A stretch of DNA of 64,000 nt from Bdellovibrionota bacterium FG-1 (GTDB taxonomy: Bacteria; Bdellovibrionota; UBA1018). The translations under genes were made by a program, and so were the position numbers. Below the pieces are notes generated by a model. That model searched no databases and was not told the DNA's origin. It saw nothing but the letters and a program-made list of their open reading frames with translations. Below, piece by piece: positions 38,270 through 51,414 of this stretch (position 1 is the first letter of the stretch; each line of letters opens with the position of its first letter). The DNA is taken from positions 1 through 64,000 of the forward strand of contig JBBCAW010000018.1 of the NCBI GenBank assembly GCA_051382295.1, read 5' to 3'.

Positions 38270-39802
38270 CTACTTTCCTTTCTCATCTTTGGCTTCGGAC
38301 AGGGACTCTTCGTGTTCGGGCCGTCCCGAGATCGCCTCAAAAAATGATCCGGGAGTGAGGTTTCGGGGGTGGGGGACCGTTTCCGGACCTAACTGGATCT
38401 TATGGTTCAGGACTGAGATCCAGACCGCAAACAAAAGCACATAAATGAAACCGAAAATCAGAATGGACCCAAGAACCTGCTTGCCCGTGACCGCTTCCGA
38501 GACCGCTCGCGACGTCAGCAGCCCCTCTTCCATGCGATACTGCACGAATCCCCCCGTATCAAATTGGATCTTTCCCAGGGCATCGTGAACAACCGAGGGA
38601 TGAACAGTCCAGGGTTGCCTGCCCATTTCGGCGGAGACCCACCCAATTTGATTAGCAAGCACACCCAAGACGACCGTCCCCACAAAGAGCGTGAGCAGCC
38701 AGCGATGATTAAAAAGGGTGCCGCGCAATCTGAGGTAGGATGCAAAAACGGTCAGGGCGATCAGAAACATCCCGATCCCCACCATGAGATGGTAGGACAG
38801 AAAAACTGCGCGCACCGGGGGCCAGTATTCACGTTCAATTTTGTCGAGCCCCAGGACTACCGTCTTGGTATCCCCTGAGAGCAAGAAGCTCAGGGCGCCC
38901 GGGAGCGCGAGCTGATACTCCACGGTTTGAGTCGATTCAGCGGGCAATCCTATTAAGCTCAGAGAGGCGGGGCCGGTTCGAAAGTGTCCCTCGAAAGCGG
39001 CGAGCTTGGCAGGCTGATTTTCTGCGATCATTCTCGCGTTGGAATGGCCGGAAACGAGCTGCGCTAAGCTAAACACCGTGGCAAAAAGCAGGGCGCCAGT
39101 GAATGAACGGCGCGCAAAGTCTTCATGCTTGCGGCGAAGCAGGTAGTAGGCTGAAATACTCATGATAAAAAGCGCCCCCATGATAAACGCGCCGATCAAG
39201 GTATGAACCAGCCTGTCCATGGAAGAGGGATTCAGCATGAGTTTCCAGAAGTCCACGATCTCCGCACGCATCACCGGGAGTCCGTTCACCTGCCAAGGTT
39301 TTCCATCCCTGAGCATCTGAACGATATGGTGGCCCGCCGGAGTTTGTTGCCAGCTATTGGCAACGACGATCCAAACGGACGAAAAAATGGAACCCAAGGA
39401 AACCATTAAGGTCGCAAAAAAATGAAAGCGGGGTCCGACGCGATCCCAACCAAAGACCAGTACGGAGAGAAATCCTGATTCCAAGAAAAACGCGAAAATG
39501 CCCTCGGCCGCCAGCGCAGAGCCAAACACGTCGCCGACAAAACGAGAATAAGTCGCCCAGTTTGTGCCGAATTGAAACTCCATGACAATGCCGGTTGCCA
39601 CCCCCATCGCAAAGGTGACTGCAAAAATCTGCGTCCAAAATCTCGCCGCACTTTCATAAATCGGCTCCCCGGTCCAAAGATGCATGCCTTCTAAATAAAC
39701 CAGAACCACTCCTATTCCGATGGTGAGGGGCGGAAAGAGGTAGTGAAACATGATGGTCAAGGCGAACTGCAGGCGGGAAAGCAGGACAAGATCGAGGGTC
39801 AT
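38270..39802 (-). CDS. cydA: Cytochrome bd oxidase subunit I
   Basis: RLQFA...[31 protein letters not shown]. Confidence 0.95.
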   Translation of the reverse strand: MTLDLVLLSRLQFALTIMFHYLFPPLTIGIGVVLVYLEGMHLWTGEPIYESAARFWTQIFAVTFAMGVATGIVMEFQFGTNWATYSRFVGDVFGSALAAEGIFAFFLESGFLSVLVFGWDRVGPRFHFFATLMVSLGSIFSSVWIVVANSWQQTPAGHHIVQMLRDGKPWQVNGLPVMRAEIVDFWKLMLNPSSMDRLVHTLIGAFIMGALFIMSISAYYLLRRKHEDFARRSFTGALLFATVFSLAQLVSGHSNARMIAENQPAKLAAFEGHFRTGPASLSLIGLPAESTQTVEYQLALPGALSFLLSGDTKTVVLGLDKIEREYWPPVRAVFLSYHLMVGIGMFLIALTVFASYLRLRGTLFNHRWLLTLFVGTVVLGVLANQIGWVSAEMGRQPWTVHPSVVHDALGKIQFDTGGFVQYRMEEGLLTSRAVSEAVTGKQVLGSILIFGFIYVLLFAVWISVLNHKIQLGPETVPHPRNLTPGSFFEAISGRPEHEESLSEAKDEKGK

Positions 39803-40043
39803 AGTGAGGGTGATTACTATCCTAATTTAAGGCGGTATGCGACCCTTTTGCGGGGCATCCCGCATCTCCCCGTTGACGCGGGTATTTTCGCGGTGTGGTT
39901 GCTATGTGCGCAAGAAGCTCTGCGTTAAGATTTGGTTCCCGCCCCACCCGATCCGTGGAAATATTAAACATCCTTGATCTGTACTTCAAATTTCTTTCAT
40001 CTTAGTATGCAATGGATTCAACGTTGTTTTTACCTAAATTCGT

Positions 40044-40307
40044 TTGGAGGATGAAATGAAAGATTCAAAAATGACTGGAAAATCTACGCTCTCGCACGGT
40101 GATATCGCCAAACGAGCTTATGAATTGTACTTAGCAAAGGGGCGGAAAAACGGGAATGAAAAGGAAGATTGGTTAAAAGCGGAAGCTGAGCTGAGACAAG
40201 CCCAGAATATTCAACTGAATAACAAAAACGCCCCCGAGAAAACCACAAAAGTCCCAAAAAAATCCGTCTCGAATCATACAGGACGCGCGTTAGAAGCGAA
40301 GCGATAA
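40044..40307 (+). CDS. DUF2934-domain protein
   Basis: IAKRAYELY..G..G..EDWLKAEAEL. Confidence 0.8.
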   Translation: MEDEMKDSKMTGKSTLSHGDIAKRAYELYLAKGRKNGNEKEDWLKAEAELRQAQNIQLNNKNAPEKTTKVPKKSVSNHTGRALEAKR

Positions 40308-40320
40308 CAGTCGGGGACTT

Positions 40321-41973
40321 TTACCGCGACTCGCCCTGCATCACTTTCTCGACGATCGCCTGAGCTTCCTGCTTGATCAGGGCAAGGTGTTCCTTGCCTT
40401 TGAAGCTCTCGGTGTAAATCTTGTAAACGTTCTCGGTCCCTGATGGGCGGGCGGCGAACCAGCCGTTTTCGGTCACTACTTTGAGGCCGCCGATGGCTGC
40501 ATGATTGCCAGGGGCGCGAGTGAGTTTTTGAAGGATCGGTTCACCTGCAAGGGTCGTCGCTTGGACACTTTCTGGGCTCATTTTTTTTAAGATCTCGCGG
40601 CTTTTTAAATCAGCCGGCGCATCGAGGCGTTCGTAGAGCGGACTCCCGAATTCACGCGTGAGCCCCAGGTAATGCAGGCCCGGATCTCGTCTCGTTTTTG
40701 CCGTAATCTCCGCCGCCAGGAGATCCAAAATAATTCCATCTTTGTCGGTGGTCCAAACTGTTCCATTGTGACGTAAAAACGACGCTCCCGCGCTCTCTTC
40801 TCCGCCAAAGCCATAATCGCCCGTCAAGAGACCATCCACAAACCACTTAAAGCCCACGGGCACTTCACAAAGTTTGCGTCCGATCTTCTTGGCGACTCGA
40901 TCAATCATCGCGCTTGAAACCAAAGTTTTTCCGATCGCGGCAGTCGGTTTCCAGCCGGGGCGATTCGAAAAGAGATACAAAATCGCGACCGACAAATAGT
41001 GGTTAGGATTCATCAGTCCAGAGGTTGGCGTGACGATTCCATGTCGGTCCGAGTCCGTGTCGTTTCCAAAAGCGATATCGAACCGATCCTTGAGTGCGAC
41101 GAGACTCGCCATCGCGTAGGGGGATGAGCAGTCCATCCGGATTTTTCCATCCTTGTCGACGCACATAAATCCAAAGGTAGGATCGATCCGATCATTAACG
41201 ACCTGAATATTCAGTCCGTACTTCTCAGAAATGGGTTTCCAGAAAGCCAGATTAGCCCCACCCATGGGGTCAACACCGATACGAATGCCCGATTGGCGGA
41301 TCACGTCCATATCGATTACATTTCGGAGGTCGTCGACATAGCCTGCGATAAAATCGTGAAGATGCACCTGAGGGGATCGTAAGGCTTGTTCTAATGGAAC
41401 GGCTTTTACGTTCCGATTTCCTTCAAGCAGAAGCTCATTGGCGCGCTTTTCGATCTGGTCAGTGGTCTCGGTTCCGGCGGGCCCCCCATGCGGTGGGTTA
41501 TATTTAAATCCGCCATCACCTGGCGGGTTATGAGAGGGGGTGATTACGATCCCATCGGCTAAGCCCGTGGTCCTGCCCTTATTATAGGTCAGGATTGCGT
41601 GTGAAATGACGGGGGTCGGAGTGAGGCCATAATCCCCCTGAATAAAGGCATCCACTTGATTTGCAGCCAGAACCTCAAGAGTTGTTTCAAGTGCCGGACG
41701 TGAGAGGGCGTGCGAATCGATTCCAAGATAAAGCGGACCCCCGATACCTGCCTGTTTACGGCAATCACACACGGCCTGCGCCATCGCAAGGACATGAGCG
41801 CGATTGAAACTACCTTCAATAGAGGTGCCGCGATGACCTGAGGTCCCAAAGCTCACTTTTTGGCTGAGTTGTTTAGGATCAACTGGAAATTGTTCATAAG
41901 CGCGCACTAATTGATCGACATCGATCAGAATTTCCTTCGGCGCGGGTTTCCCTGCCAGAGGATGGATAGCCAT
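40321..41973 (-). CDS. pgm: Phosphoglucomutase
   Basis: [35 protein letters not shown]. Confidence 0.95.
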   Translation of the reverse strand: MAIHPLAGKPAPKEILIDVDQLVRAYEQFPVDPKQLSQKVSFGTSGHRGTSIEGSFNRAHVLAMAQAVCDCRKQAGIGGPLYLGIDSHALSRPALETTLEVLAANQVDAFIQGDYGLTPTPVISHAILTYNKGRTTGLADGIVITPSHNPPGDGGFKYNPPHGGPAGTETTDQIEKRANELLLEGNRNVKAVPLEQALRSPQVHLHDFIAGYVDDLRNVIDMDVIRQSGIRIGVDPMGGANLAFWKPISEKYGLNIQVVNDRIDPTFGFMCVDKDGKIRMDCSSPYAMASLVALKDRFDIAFGNDTDSDRHGIVTPTSGLMNPNHYLSVAILYLFSNRPGWKPTAAIGKTLVSSAMIDRVAKKIGRKLCEVPVGFKWFVDGLLTGDYGFGGEESAGASFLRHNGTVWTTDKDGIILDLLAAEITAKTRRDPGLHYLGLTREFGSPLYERLDAPADLKSREILKKMSPESVQATTLAGEPILQKLTRAPGNHAAIGGLKVVTENGWFAARPSGTENVYKIYTESFKGKEHLALIKQEAQAIVEKVMQGESR

Positions 41974-41975
41974 CG

Positions 41976-43106
<1,131 letters not shown>

Positions 43107-43220
43107 TTATGGTGAGCTAAGTTATTTGGGTTGCTGCGGTGCGCGTGTTTGATGGTAGATAGCATTGTTTATATAATACGCGATAAAAGTGCATAAAATC
43201 TCCGGCCCGAAATGAGGATG

Positions 43221-43814
43221 CTATAGCATGAGCTGAGGTAACGACCGCAGGCACCGCACCGACCCGTAGTTGTCGCCACCGCTGCCGATTAAGAAGAGAG
43301 CATCTTCACCGCCCATGTGATACGCAAAAAAGGAAAAGTCGTCACGGGTAACCGACGAAGACCAGAAATATTGGCTCCCGAGATCCCCTGCCGGACGCTG
43401 ATAACCTCTGTTGCTATAGTAGAAATTGTCGGGATTACCCAGGCTGTCCGATCCTTTTATGAGATCATAGTCAAATTTCGGGGTTTCACTGATCCCTTGC
43501 GCCCCCCTGCTTTGGGCGTAAAGCGCCAGTTCACGGGTAGTGGGCAGTCGTTGGCCCTGATTTCGACAGTAACTATCCGCCTCTGTCTGATACATATGGC
43601 GGACTTTGCCATCTGCGTTTCGCACAATGTCCGTTAGGTCTGGAACGAAATTCTTTGAAAGCACCTCGATCCGTGCCTCAGCTTTGGCCTGAAGTACTCG
43701 GCAAGCATCTAATGTATCGCAAACCTCAGCTGCCCGAGCAGCGCCCGTCGACAGTTGAACTGCCGCCATCACACCCAAAAAAACCAGCATCCAATTCGTT
43801 GTTTTCATAAACAT
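43221..43814 (-). CDS. Secreted protein with DUF1566/Lcl-like C-terminal domain
   Basis: Signal peptide; A..YC...RLPT.REL...FWSSS...VRC. Confidence 0.6.
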   Translation of the reverse strand: MFMKTTNWMLVFLGVMAAVQLSTGAARAAEVCDTLDACRVLQAKAEARIEVLSKNFVPDLTDIVRNADGKVRHMYQTEADSYCRNQGQRLPTTRELALYAQSRGAQGISETPKFDYDLIKGSDSLGNPDNFYYSNRGYQRPAGDLGSQYFWSSSVTRDDFSFFAYHMGGEDALFLIGSGGDNYGSVRCLRSLPQLML

Positions 43815-43958
43815 CTTTTCAATTCAGGATTTTGTCCCAGGTTTGTAGGAGACCATTCTCCACCAAGAGCCTGCGGACGGTTAAAGACTGAGCGAACTTA
43901 TACGATATTAAACCACAATAGTCCGGTATTGTTTATGCAATGCATAACTTTCGAGAAC

Positions 43959-44951
43959 TCAAAGCGATTTTGAATCACGAATCAACCCCTGTTTTTTCGC
44001 CGTGTAAGAATTATGAAAACGGCACCGAATACGTAAATTTTTTGCAATCGTCTCCCCTCCCCAGGCGAACGGCTGGATATGATCGTACTCGATCGCAAAT
44101 CGACTTCCACAACGCTTGCCTGTGCTCTGATCTTGGTAGGTGCAACAGCCACCATCACGTGCGAAGACCTGCCTTTTGACCTCCGCCGGAATGGTGCGGG
44201 ACCTCTGCGTTTCCAACGTGGAAACGGACGGGGTATTTGCGTCATTTCCAGAGGGTTCTGGCTGAGGGGATTCTGGATTCGGTTTCTTAGGCTCGATCTT
44301 TTTTAGGGCCAACTCGGCTAGAATTTCAAACAGTCCTTCGTAACTGCCATCGGGATTTTGATGAGCCAGCAAGCCCTTAAGTTTCTCGATCTTTTCCATC
44401 AATTCTGCGTCTGCGGAAAACTGGATCAAGGTCTTACCCCGTGAAAGTTCCCTTGTCTTCTCGGGCGGAAGAGCAGACTCAGGCGAAATCTCCGCCAACT
44501 TTTTTTCACACTCCCGCATCGAGGTGCCGAGCATCGACTGGGCGATTTCTTGTTTGGCTTGCAGGCCAAGTTTTTCGTCGCCTTCGCTTTTACGTTTCTG
44601 ATCCTCGGTGCGAAAAAAACTCTGCGTCTTGGCTGCAACGCAAAGCGAGAGGCTGCCATCCTCGATCTTACTCTCCATTTCTGGCAAAATTTTGAGTAGT
44701 CGCATGGACTGGATGCGGCGATGGGCGGAGCCAGAAGAGTATCCCAAGGCTTGTGTCGTGAATTCGAAGAGGGACGGATACCCCATTTCAAGATAATGTC
44801 CGTCGCGCTCCACTTCGCGGAGCAGATGCAGCACCTTGAGCTGACACTTCCGTTCTTGGGCGACTGCGTTTTTGATCTCAGCTAAGACGATTTGGTGATT
44901 TCTCATAGATGAGATGTCTGTAGTAGCCGCGTATGAAGGTGGAGTAGTCAT
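43959..44951 (-). CDS. HNH endonuclease with N-terminal DUF222-like helical region
   Basis: GYPSLFEF...LGYS.GSA.RRI; VFARDGGCC...C...EYDHI.P...GG...NL...C..HN. Confidence 0.85.
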   Translation of the reverse strand: MTTPPSYAATTDISSMRNHQIVLAEIKNAVAQERKCQLKVLHLLREVERDGHYLEMGYPSLFEFTTQALGYSSGSAHRRIQSMRLLKILPEMESKIEDGSLSLCVAAKTQSFFRTEDQKRKSEGDEKLGLQAKQEIAQSMLGTSMRECEKKLAEISPESALPPEKTRELSRGKTLIQFSADAELMEKIEKLKGLLAHQNPDGSYEGLFEILAELALKKIEPKKPNPESPQPEPSGNDANTPSVSTLETQRSRTIPAEVKRQVFARDGGCCTYQDQSTGKRCGSRFAIEYDHIQPFAWGGETIAKNLRIRCRFHNSYTAKKQGLIRDSKSL

Positions 44952-44989
44952 TGTATCGGTTTTTTAAAGGACCAGAAGAGGAGAAAGAA

Positions 44990-45433
44990 ATGCCAACCAA
45001 ACGAACACAATCTGAACATCCGATGGTCGAGTTTAAAAATTATCTGGGCCTCAGGTACATCACCGTTCATGTCCGCGCCGATCGAGTGAGTGACGAACAT
45101 GGACCTGTTTTCAGTGCCGACCGATTCAAAGCGATCGATAAAGCCATAGCAATCCTACTGATTGCATCTCCTCGCCCCATTCGAGGCCAAGAACTCAAGG
45201 TGATTCGCAAAATCACTGGAATGGGAATTCGAGAATTTGCGAGTGCCATCGGCGTTTCTCATCCTACTGTCATAAACTGGGAGAAAGCCGAAGAAAACCG
45301 ACTGGACCGCGCTGAAGAGGCTTTTGTGCGAGTGTTTTTTTCAGAGAAACTCGGAGTGCGTCTGGAGGCTAAGGTGGAAATACTTGCGCCTGAACACGCC
45401 GTACAAGATCCGATTGAATACACCGCCGCCTAA
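44990..45433 (+). CDS. XRE-family HTH protein (antitoxin-like)
   Basis: GQELKVIRKITGMGIREFASAIGVSHPTVINWEK; GAGGAG RBS. Confidence 0.75.
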   Translation: MPTKRTQSEHPMVEFKNYLGLRYITVHVRADRVSDEHGPVFSADRFKAIDKAIAILLIASPRPIRGQELKVIRKITGMGIREFASAIGVSHPTVINWEKAEENRLDRAEEAFVRVFFSEKLGVRLEAKVEILAPEHAVQDPIEYTAA

Positions 45434-45439
45434 TCATCC

Positions 45440-46627
45440 TCACGTGAAATCTTGCTTACTGAGACTGGCGCCAAACTCTCGCGCAGGATTTGAAAGCCAA
45501 ACCGAGGCCGATTCAAAAAACTTAAGCAGGGGAGTAATCCGAATTCCGTCACGGACAATTGTTTCTTTGCCGCCGTAAAGCAGAATACGGTTGGCCGTGG
45601 GGTAATCATTTCCAAATAACCTGAGCCCCTTGAGGTCTTCATCTCTAATGCGATTCGATCGTTTTACCTCTATTGCAAGAAAACCTCTTTCGCCATAAAC
45701 AATAAAGTCGACCTCAAGATGTTCCGCCGTTCGCCAAAACGAAAGAGTGTACCCCAGTTGAAGGTAATCGTTGAGCGCACGAAGTTCCTGAAAAACGAGA
45801 GTCTCCAAGGCCGCACCATCAATCTCTTCAGGCCTGTCCAATGGACCCTTAGGACGGAGAGTGCGGTAAACGCCCGCATCAAAAAAGAGAAATTTCGGGT
45901 GCTGGGACATGTCTCGCTTGGCGCGCTTTAAAAAGACGGGAAGACGAACCCCAAGGAGGAGATCTTCTACGAGTTCAAAATAGGACTGAACGGTTCTTCT
46001 CGGAATCCCCGTATCGCTTGCCAGGTTTGAATAATTAAGTACTGACGCCTGCGAAAAACTGGCGGCTTCCAAAAATCGAGAAAAGGGTCCCAGGTTGCGG
46101 GTAAGCCCCTCTTGAAGCACTTCCTCTTTCAGATAGGTCTTTACATAACTTGATAAAAAGGCGGCCGGATTCTTGAGACTATAAGCTTTGGGTAAAAGGC
46201 CATACTGCAAGGCTTTATCTAAATCAAAGCTCTTGCGAAGCTCACAGGCCGTCAAGGGGTGAAGGAGATGGGTCTGCGCTCGCCCCCCGAGCAAATTAAC
46301 TCCCGCTGCCTTCAATTTTCGAGCGCTCGAGCCAGTCAACACAAAAACACGCTTTTGTTTTTCAATCTGCAAATGCACTTCATCAAGGAGGGCGGGAACT
46401 TTTTGGATTTCATCGATGAAAATGGGTTGTCCCTTTTTTGCCTGATCAGTCCACTCCCGCAAACGAGTCGGCTGATTGAGGAGTCTTCGATAGACATCGT
46501 CATCCAGAAGATCAATTCGAACGGCTTGGGCATCCATGGTGTCCAAGAGTGACGTTTTACCCACCCCACGAGGTCCAAAAAGCAGGACACTGTCGTCCTT
46601 GGGGAGTTTTAGAAGTCTGGCATACAT
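45440..46627 (-). CDS. AAA_14/DUF4143 ATPase
   Basis: FGPRGVGKT, IDEIQK, LTGSSARKL, EVDF...IEVK. Confidence 0.88.
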   Translation of the reverse strand: MYARLLKLPKDDSVLLFGPRGVGKTSLLDTMDAQAVRIDLLDDDVYRRLLNQPTRLREWTDQAKKGQPIFIDEIQKVPALLDEVHLQIEKQKRVFVLTGSSARKLKAAGVNLLGGRAQTHLLHPLTACELRKSFDLDKALQYGLLPKAYSLKNPAAFLSSYVKTYLKEEVLQEGLTRNLGPFSRFLEAASFSQASVLNYSNLASDTGIPRRTVQSYFELVEDLLLGVRLPVFLKRAKRDMSQHPKFLFFDAGVYRTLRPKGPLDRPEEIDGAALETLVFQELRALNDYLQLGYTLSFWRTAEHLEVDFIVYGERGFLAIEVKRSNRIRDEDLKGLRLFGNDYPTANRILLYGGKETIVRDGIRITPLLKFFESASVWLSNPAREFGASLSKQDFT

Positions 46628-46789
46628 AATGCCATTATATACTGGAAAATGGCATTTGCAATGCCATTCCCCACGTGGGCGCTTCCGGTAAAAGGTGAGG
46701 GGATGGACGACCCCGACCCCTTTTACCGGAAGCGCCTCCTTGCACTCTCGAGGGTTTGACATTAAGCATAGAGGAGGAGCAGGGCTAAA

Positions 46790-47485
46790 ATGAAAAAAGT
46801 GGTCAAAAATGCGACTGAAGCGGTGCGTGATATTCCTGATGGCGCAGTGTTAGCGCTGGGGGGGTTCGGACTGTGTGGAATCCCTGAGAACTGTATTGCC
46901 GCGCTCGTCGAAAAGGGCATCAAGAACTTGACCTGTATTTCGAACAATGCAGGCGTGGACGACTTCGGAATCGGTTTGATGTTGCAGAAGCGGCAAGTCA
47001 AAAAGATGATTTCGAGCTACGTCGGCGAAAATAAGCTTTTTGAACAGCTCGTGCTTTCAGGCGAAATGGAGCTTGAGCTCACCCCGCAAGGGACTTTGGC
47101 AGAGAAGCTTCGCGCGGGCGGCGCGGGGATTCCGGCATTTTTTACGCCCACGGGAGTAGGGACGCTCATCGCCGAAGGCAAGGAAGTGCGTGAATTTAAT
47201 GGCCGGCAATATGTGCTCGAGCGTTCGCTCTTTGCCGATTTTTCGATCGTCAAAGCTTGGATGGGCGATACGATGGGAAACCTCCTTTTTCGCGGTACTG
47301 CGAGCAACTTTAACCCCATGATCGCGACCGCAAGTTACAAAACCATCGCGGAGGTCGAGCATCTGGTGCCGGCGGGTGAGTTAGATCCCAATCATATTCA
47401 TGTGCCCGGGATTTACGTGAAACGAATTTTTGAAGGTAAAGATTATCAAAAGCGCATTGAACGGCGCACCGTAAGGCAGGGTTGA
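46790..47485 (+). CDS. scoA: 3-oxoacid CoA-transferase subunit A
   Basis: [24 protein letters not shown]. Confidence 0.93.
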   Translation: MKKVVKNATEAVRDIPDGAVLALGGFGLCGIPENCIAALVEKGIKNLTCISNNAGVDDFGIGLMLQKRQVKKMISSYVGENKLFEQLVLSGEMELELTPQGTLAEKLRAGGAGIPAFFTPTGVGTLIAEGKEVREFNGRQYVLERSLFADFSIVKAWMGDTMGNLLFRGTASNFNPMIATASYKTIAEVEHLVPAGELDPNHIHVPGIYVKRIFEGKDYQKRIERRTVRQG

Positions 47486-47489
47486 GATT

Positions 47490-48146
47490 ATGGCACTGAC
47501 TCGTGAACAGATTGCGCAACGAATCGCCCAGGAACTTAAAGATGGTTATTACGTGAATCTTGGAATCGGGATTCCGACTCTCGTCGCGAATTATATTCCC
47601 GCCGGGATTTCCGTCGTTCTTCAGAGCGAAAATGGCTTACTGGGCGTAGGCCCTTATCCGACCGAGGCCCAAGTGGATGCTGATTTGATCAATGCCGGCA
47701 AAGAAACCGTGACCACGATTGCGGGTTCGGCTTTCTTTTCAAGCGCGGATTCTTTTGCGATGATTCGCGGCGGTCACGTCGACCTTACCGTGCTTGGCGC
47801 CATGGAAGTGGATGAGACTGGAAGTATCGCCAACTGGATGATTCCGGGTAAGATGGTCAAAGGGATGGGCGGTGCGATGGATTTGGTGGCTAGCGCTCGT
47901 AACGTGATCGTGGCCATGCAGCATGTGGCCAAAGACGGGTCCAGCAAAATTCTCCCGAAATGCACTCTTCCGTTGACCGGAGTGGGCTGCGTGAAAAAGA
48001 TTGTCTCTGAACTCGCGGTCATTGAAGTCACCCCCAAGGGGTTGGTCTTGCGCGAACGCGCGCCTGGTGTGTCCGTTGAGGAGATCCGTAAAGCCACTGC
48101 GGCCAAAATGGAAATTCCGGCGGATGTCCCAGAAATGAAATTTTAG
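47490..48146 (+). CDS. scoB: 3-oxoacid CoA-transferase subunit B
   Basis: [20 protein letters not shown]. Confidence 0.93.
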   Translation: MALTREQIAQRIAQELKDGYYVNLGIGIPTLVANYIPAGISVVLQSENGLLGVGPYPTEAQVDADLINAGKETVTTIAGSAFFSSADSFAMIRGGHVDLTVLGAMEVDETGSIANWMIPGKMVKGMGGAMDLVASARNVIVAMQHVAKDGSSKILPKCTLPLTGVGCVKKIVSELAVIEVTPKGLVLRERAPGVSVEEIRKATAAKMEIPADVPEMKF

Positions 48147-49162
48147 CGATCACGTCCTACCGCGAGCAAGATCGGGTCTTTTTCCTGAAGGACCGTGAAG
48201 TCTTGTTTGCTGGAAATGCCGTTCCAACGCATTTGAACGAGGGTTTGGCCGATCGCGCCGCCTAAATTGGATCCCGGGCCGAGCAAGATGAGTTTTGAAG
48301 GCGCAAATTCACGAATCGCGACTCGAAGCGACGCCGTAAAGTCATAGGGCTGCGTGACTTGGTGACCCAACGTGTACTCGCGCAAACGGGCCGGATCAGT
48401 CGAGTAGGGCTGCCAAATTTGCCCGCGGCCATCGACGAGTGCAGCTCGGGGAGCTCTGAATAATTCGGGTCCCAGTTGTGCGAAGCCCTGTTGGGAGGCT
48501 GGGGTCATCATCGGGGTATGAAAAGCCCCATGATTGATCAAACGCATCGGATAGCGATTTTCAAGGTTCGGAAGTTTTTGCGAAAGCCGTTTGAGGCCAA
48601 GGTCGGTGCCTGCGATGACTTCAAATCCTCCGAGGTGAATCGAACGATAAAGTTCGTAACCGGGCTCGCTGCCGACTTCCTCGATGGCGCGATTCAAGAG
48701 CGCCACGCGCTCTCGGTCCTCATGCCATTGTTCATCGAAAAGAGGATAAATGATTTGGCCACCCAAAGCTGTTCCGCCTGTCAAGAGGCCCATCGTGCTG
48801 ATCAGGTGAGTGGATCCTTCGTGCGTGAGTGCTCCTGCGGCGGCTAGGGCAATGTACCATCCCATCGAATTGCCGGTGACGGCCACGATTTCAAAACGAT
48901 CGCGGTCGATCGCCGCAAAGTCGGCCATCGCGCAGGCATGAATGAGGGCCGGCGCGTTTTCATAGGAGGTGTGTAGCGAAGCCGAGTAGGTGGCTGCTGA
49001 GTCGGTCTCGGTGATGGTGGCGCGTCCTTGTTGAGCTCGGTAATGATCGACGGCCTCGACAATGGAAGGTCGCGCGGGATAATTTCTTTTCAGATATCCC
49101 AATTCAGTCGCAGTATAGGTGCCCCGGCCGGGGCAAATGACCAGCGCAGTTTCTTTCTTCAT
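48143..49162 (-). CDS. FabD-like acyltransferase
   Basis: CPGRG, GNSMGWY, GAFHTP; translationally coupled to the upstream E1 gene. Confidence 0.75.
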   Translation of the reverse strand: MKKETALVICPGRGTYTATELGYLKRNYPARPSIVEAVDHYRAQQGRATITETDSAATYSASLHTSYENAPALIHACAMADFAAIDRDRFEIVAVTGNSMGWYIALAAAGALTHEGSTHLISTMGLLTGGTALGGQIIYPLFDEQWHEDRERVALLNRAIEEVGSEPGYELYRSIHLGGFEVIAGTDLGLKRLSQKLPNLENRYPMRLINHGAFHTPMMTPASQQGFAQLGPELFRAPRAALVDGRGQIWQPYSTDPARLREYTLGHQVTQPYDFTASLRVAIREFAPSKLILLGPGSNLGGAIGQTLVQMRWNGISSKQDFTVLQEKDPILLAVGRDR

Positions 49163-51393
49163 ACTGTTTTTCCTAACAGCTCAAGGGCCGCTTGGACAAT
49201 TCCGTCACGCGAAGGCAAAGTAATCGTCGAAGCCTCACCTAGCGGAATAAATGAATCGGTCGCTGTAATTCGTGCGATTTTAGGCATTTGTGCGGGGTTT
49301 CCGCGAGCATGTTCGACCAACGTCGTGACAATCTCTTCACTCACCGACCCTGTTTGTCGGCATTCGTCGACCACTAAGACATGCTTACAAGTAAATGCCT
49401 GACGAGCAAGTGCGTCCTTGTCGATGGGGGCAATCCAGCGCAAATCGATGAGGGTGGGGTGAATGCCGTGTTTTTCCTCCAGAATTTTTGCCGCTTGTCT
49501 GGAGAGGTAATAACCATTGGCGTAGCTGATGATGCAGAGATCTTTTTGGCCCTCGATCATTCCAAGCTGGCCTGCTCGAATAGGCGCAAGCGATCCCGGA
49601 GCCGGGTATTTAAAACACCACTGCTGGTCGCCCGCCGCATGTAAATCGCGGGTCATATAGAGCGCGATGGGTTCGATAAAAACCACGACTCGTCGTTCTT
49701 CGTGGGCCAGGCGCACGCATTCACGAAGCATCTGAACCGCGTCCTCACCATTCGAAGGGCAGGCGATCACGAGGCCTGGGATGTCCCTAAAAACAGCTAG
49801 CGAGTTGTCATTGTGGAAATGCCCGCCGAATCCTTTTTGATAAGGAAGGCCGGCAATCCGAATCACCATCGGATTGGTGAAGCGCCCTTCAGAAAAGAAG
49901 GAGAGGGTCGCCGCTTCGCCGCGAATTTGATCTTCGGCATTATGAACGTAGGCCACGAATTGAATTTCTGGAATGGGCACAAAGCCGAAATGGGCCATTC
50001 CGATGGCGACACCTAGGATACTTTGTTCATCCAAAATAGAGTCAAAAACCCGTTTAATTCCAAATTTTTCTTGCAGTCCCGTCGTGACGTTATAAACGCC
50101 TCCTTTTTTACCCACATCTTCGCCCAAAATCACCGTATTGGGATATTGAAGCAAAAGATCGGCAAGCGCCCAGTTCAGCAGCCGTGCCAGATGTTGTTTG
50201 GCGGCCATTTGGGCGGAGTCTTTGGTAAAAACAATTTGCCTGGTCTCTTCACTGGGGGCGGGAGGGGAGTGCAGGAAGGAAGACGGAGGTGGAACAATGG
50301 ACGCCATGACTTCGAAGGCGGTTTTGAGTCGGGGACGGCGCGGGGTTTCTTCGGCAATTCGGGCCACTCGGGCACGGACACTTTCGTAGATATTCAAAAT
50401 TTCTGCCGCGGAAAGAATTCCATTTTCCAAAAGAATCCGCGCGGAATGCAAAAGAGGATCATGAGCTTCTACGGATGCGATTTCGTCTAAACTACGGTAC
50501 GTAGTCTCGACGTCAGCGCCTGCATGGCCAAAAAGTCGAATCGTTCGCACATGTAAGAAAACTGGGCGGCGTCGCTCACGCGCATAGGTTGCGGCTTCCC
50601 GGGCACACCTAAAAGTGTCCAAAAGATTGAGGCCATCACAAGCCATGTATTTCAGCACGGGACGATGCGAAAAAGCGCTCTCGATCCAATGATTCGGGGT
50701 GCGAACCGAAATTCCGAGACCATTGTCTTCGCAAACAAAAACCAGCGGCATCGGAATGCCTTGATAAGCAATCCATTCGGAGGTGTTAAAAGCCCCTTGG
50801 GCGGTGGAGTGGTTGGCCGAGGCATCTCCGAAACTACAGATCGCAACCGAGTCGTGAGGGACTTCCAGCTTCAGTCCCAGTGCATTGGCTCGCGAAATAG
50901 CAAAGGCGGCTCCCATCGATTTAGGGAGCTGCGAGGCGATCGTGCTCGTTTGCGGCGGCACAAACCCCGGGAGGCTTCCTAAAACTTTATGCCGGCCTCC
51001 AGAAATCGGATCATCCGCGGATGCCGCCTGGGATAACAGCACATCATAAAGCGGGGTTGACCCCGGAACCGATTTCAGTCGTTGAATAAAGAAAGCGGCG
51101 CTTCGGTAATGCAAAAACGCCATGTCCGTGGTGCGAAACGCTTGGGCGATCGCGGCGGTGCCTTCGTGCCCGGAACTCCCGATCGTATAATAGCCCACGG
51201 CTTTTTCACGCAGAATCCGCGCCATGAAATCGAGGTGTCGACTCATGACCTGGGTTTCAAAAAGGTCGACCACTTCATGAGGGGAGAGTCCCACGGCTTC
51301 AGGAGAGAGTGACTCTCCCAAAGCGGGGGGCAGTATTCCGCATTTTAAAGCCTGGACAAAATTCTGATCGACAATTTCGGTACGTGTGGCCAC
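49159..51393 (-). CDS. 2-oxoacid dehydrogenase E1, fused alpha/beta
   Basis: YTIGSSGHEG, FGDAS...EDN ThDP motif, GEDV..KGGV, PEIQF. Confidence 0.88.
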   Translation of the reverse strand: MATRTEIVDQNFVQALKCGILPPALGESLSPEAVGLSPHEVVDLFETQVMSRHLDFMARILREKAVGYYTIGSSGHEGTAAIAQAFRTTDMAFLHYRSAAFFIQRLKSVPGSTPLYDVLLSQAASADDPISGGRHKVLGSLPGFVPPQTSTIASQLPKSMGAAFAISRANALGLKLEVPHDSVAICSFGDASANHSTAQGAFNTSEWIAYQGIPMPLVFVCEDNGLGISVRTPNHWIESAFSHRPVLKYMACDGLNLLDTFRCAREAATYARERRRPVFLHVRTIRLFGHAGADVETTYRSLDEIASVEAHDPLLHSARILLENGILSAAEILNIYESVRARVARIAEETPRRPRLKTAFEVMASIVPPPSSFLHSPPAPSEETRQIVFTKDSAQMAAKQHLARLLNWALADLLLQYPNTVILGEDVGKKGGVYNVTTGLQEKFGIKRVFDSILDEQSILGVAIGMAHFGFVPIPEIQFVAYVHNAEDQIRGEAATLSFFSEGRFTNPMVIRIAGLPYQKGFGGHFHNDNSLAVFRDIPGLVIACPSNGEDAVQMLRECVRLAHEERRVVVFIEPIALYMTRDLHAAGDQQWCFKYPAPGSLAPIRAGQLGMIEGQKDLCIISYANGYYLSRQAAKILEEKHGIHPTLIDLRWIAPIDKDALARQAFTCKHVLVVDECRQTGSVSEEIVTTLVEHARGNPAQMPKIARITATDSFIPLGEASTITLPSRDGIVQAALELLGKTV

Positions 51394-51414
51394 GGATGAT
51401 GATCCTCGAAAGAG

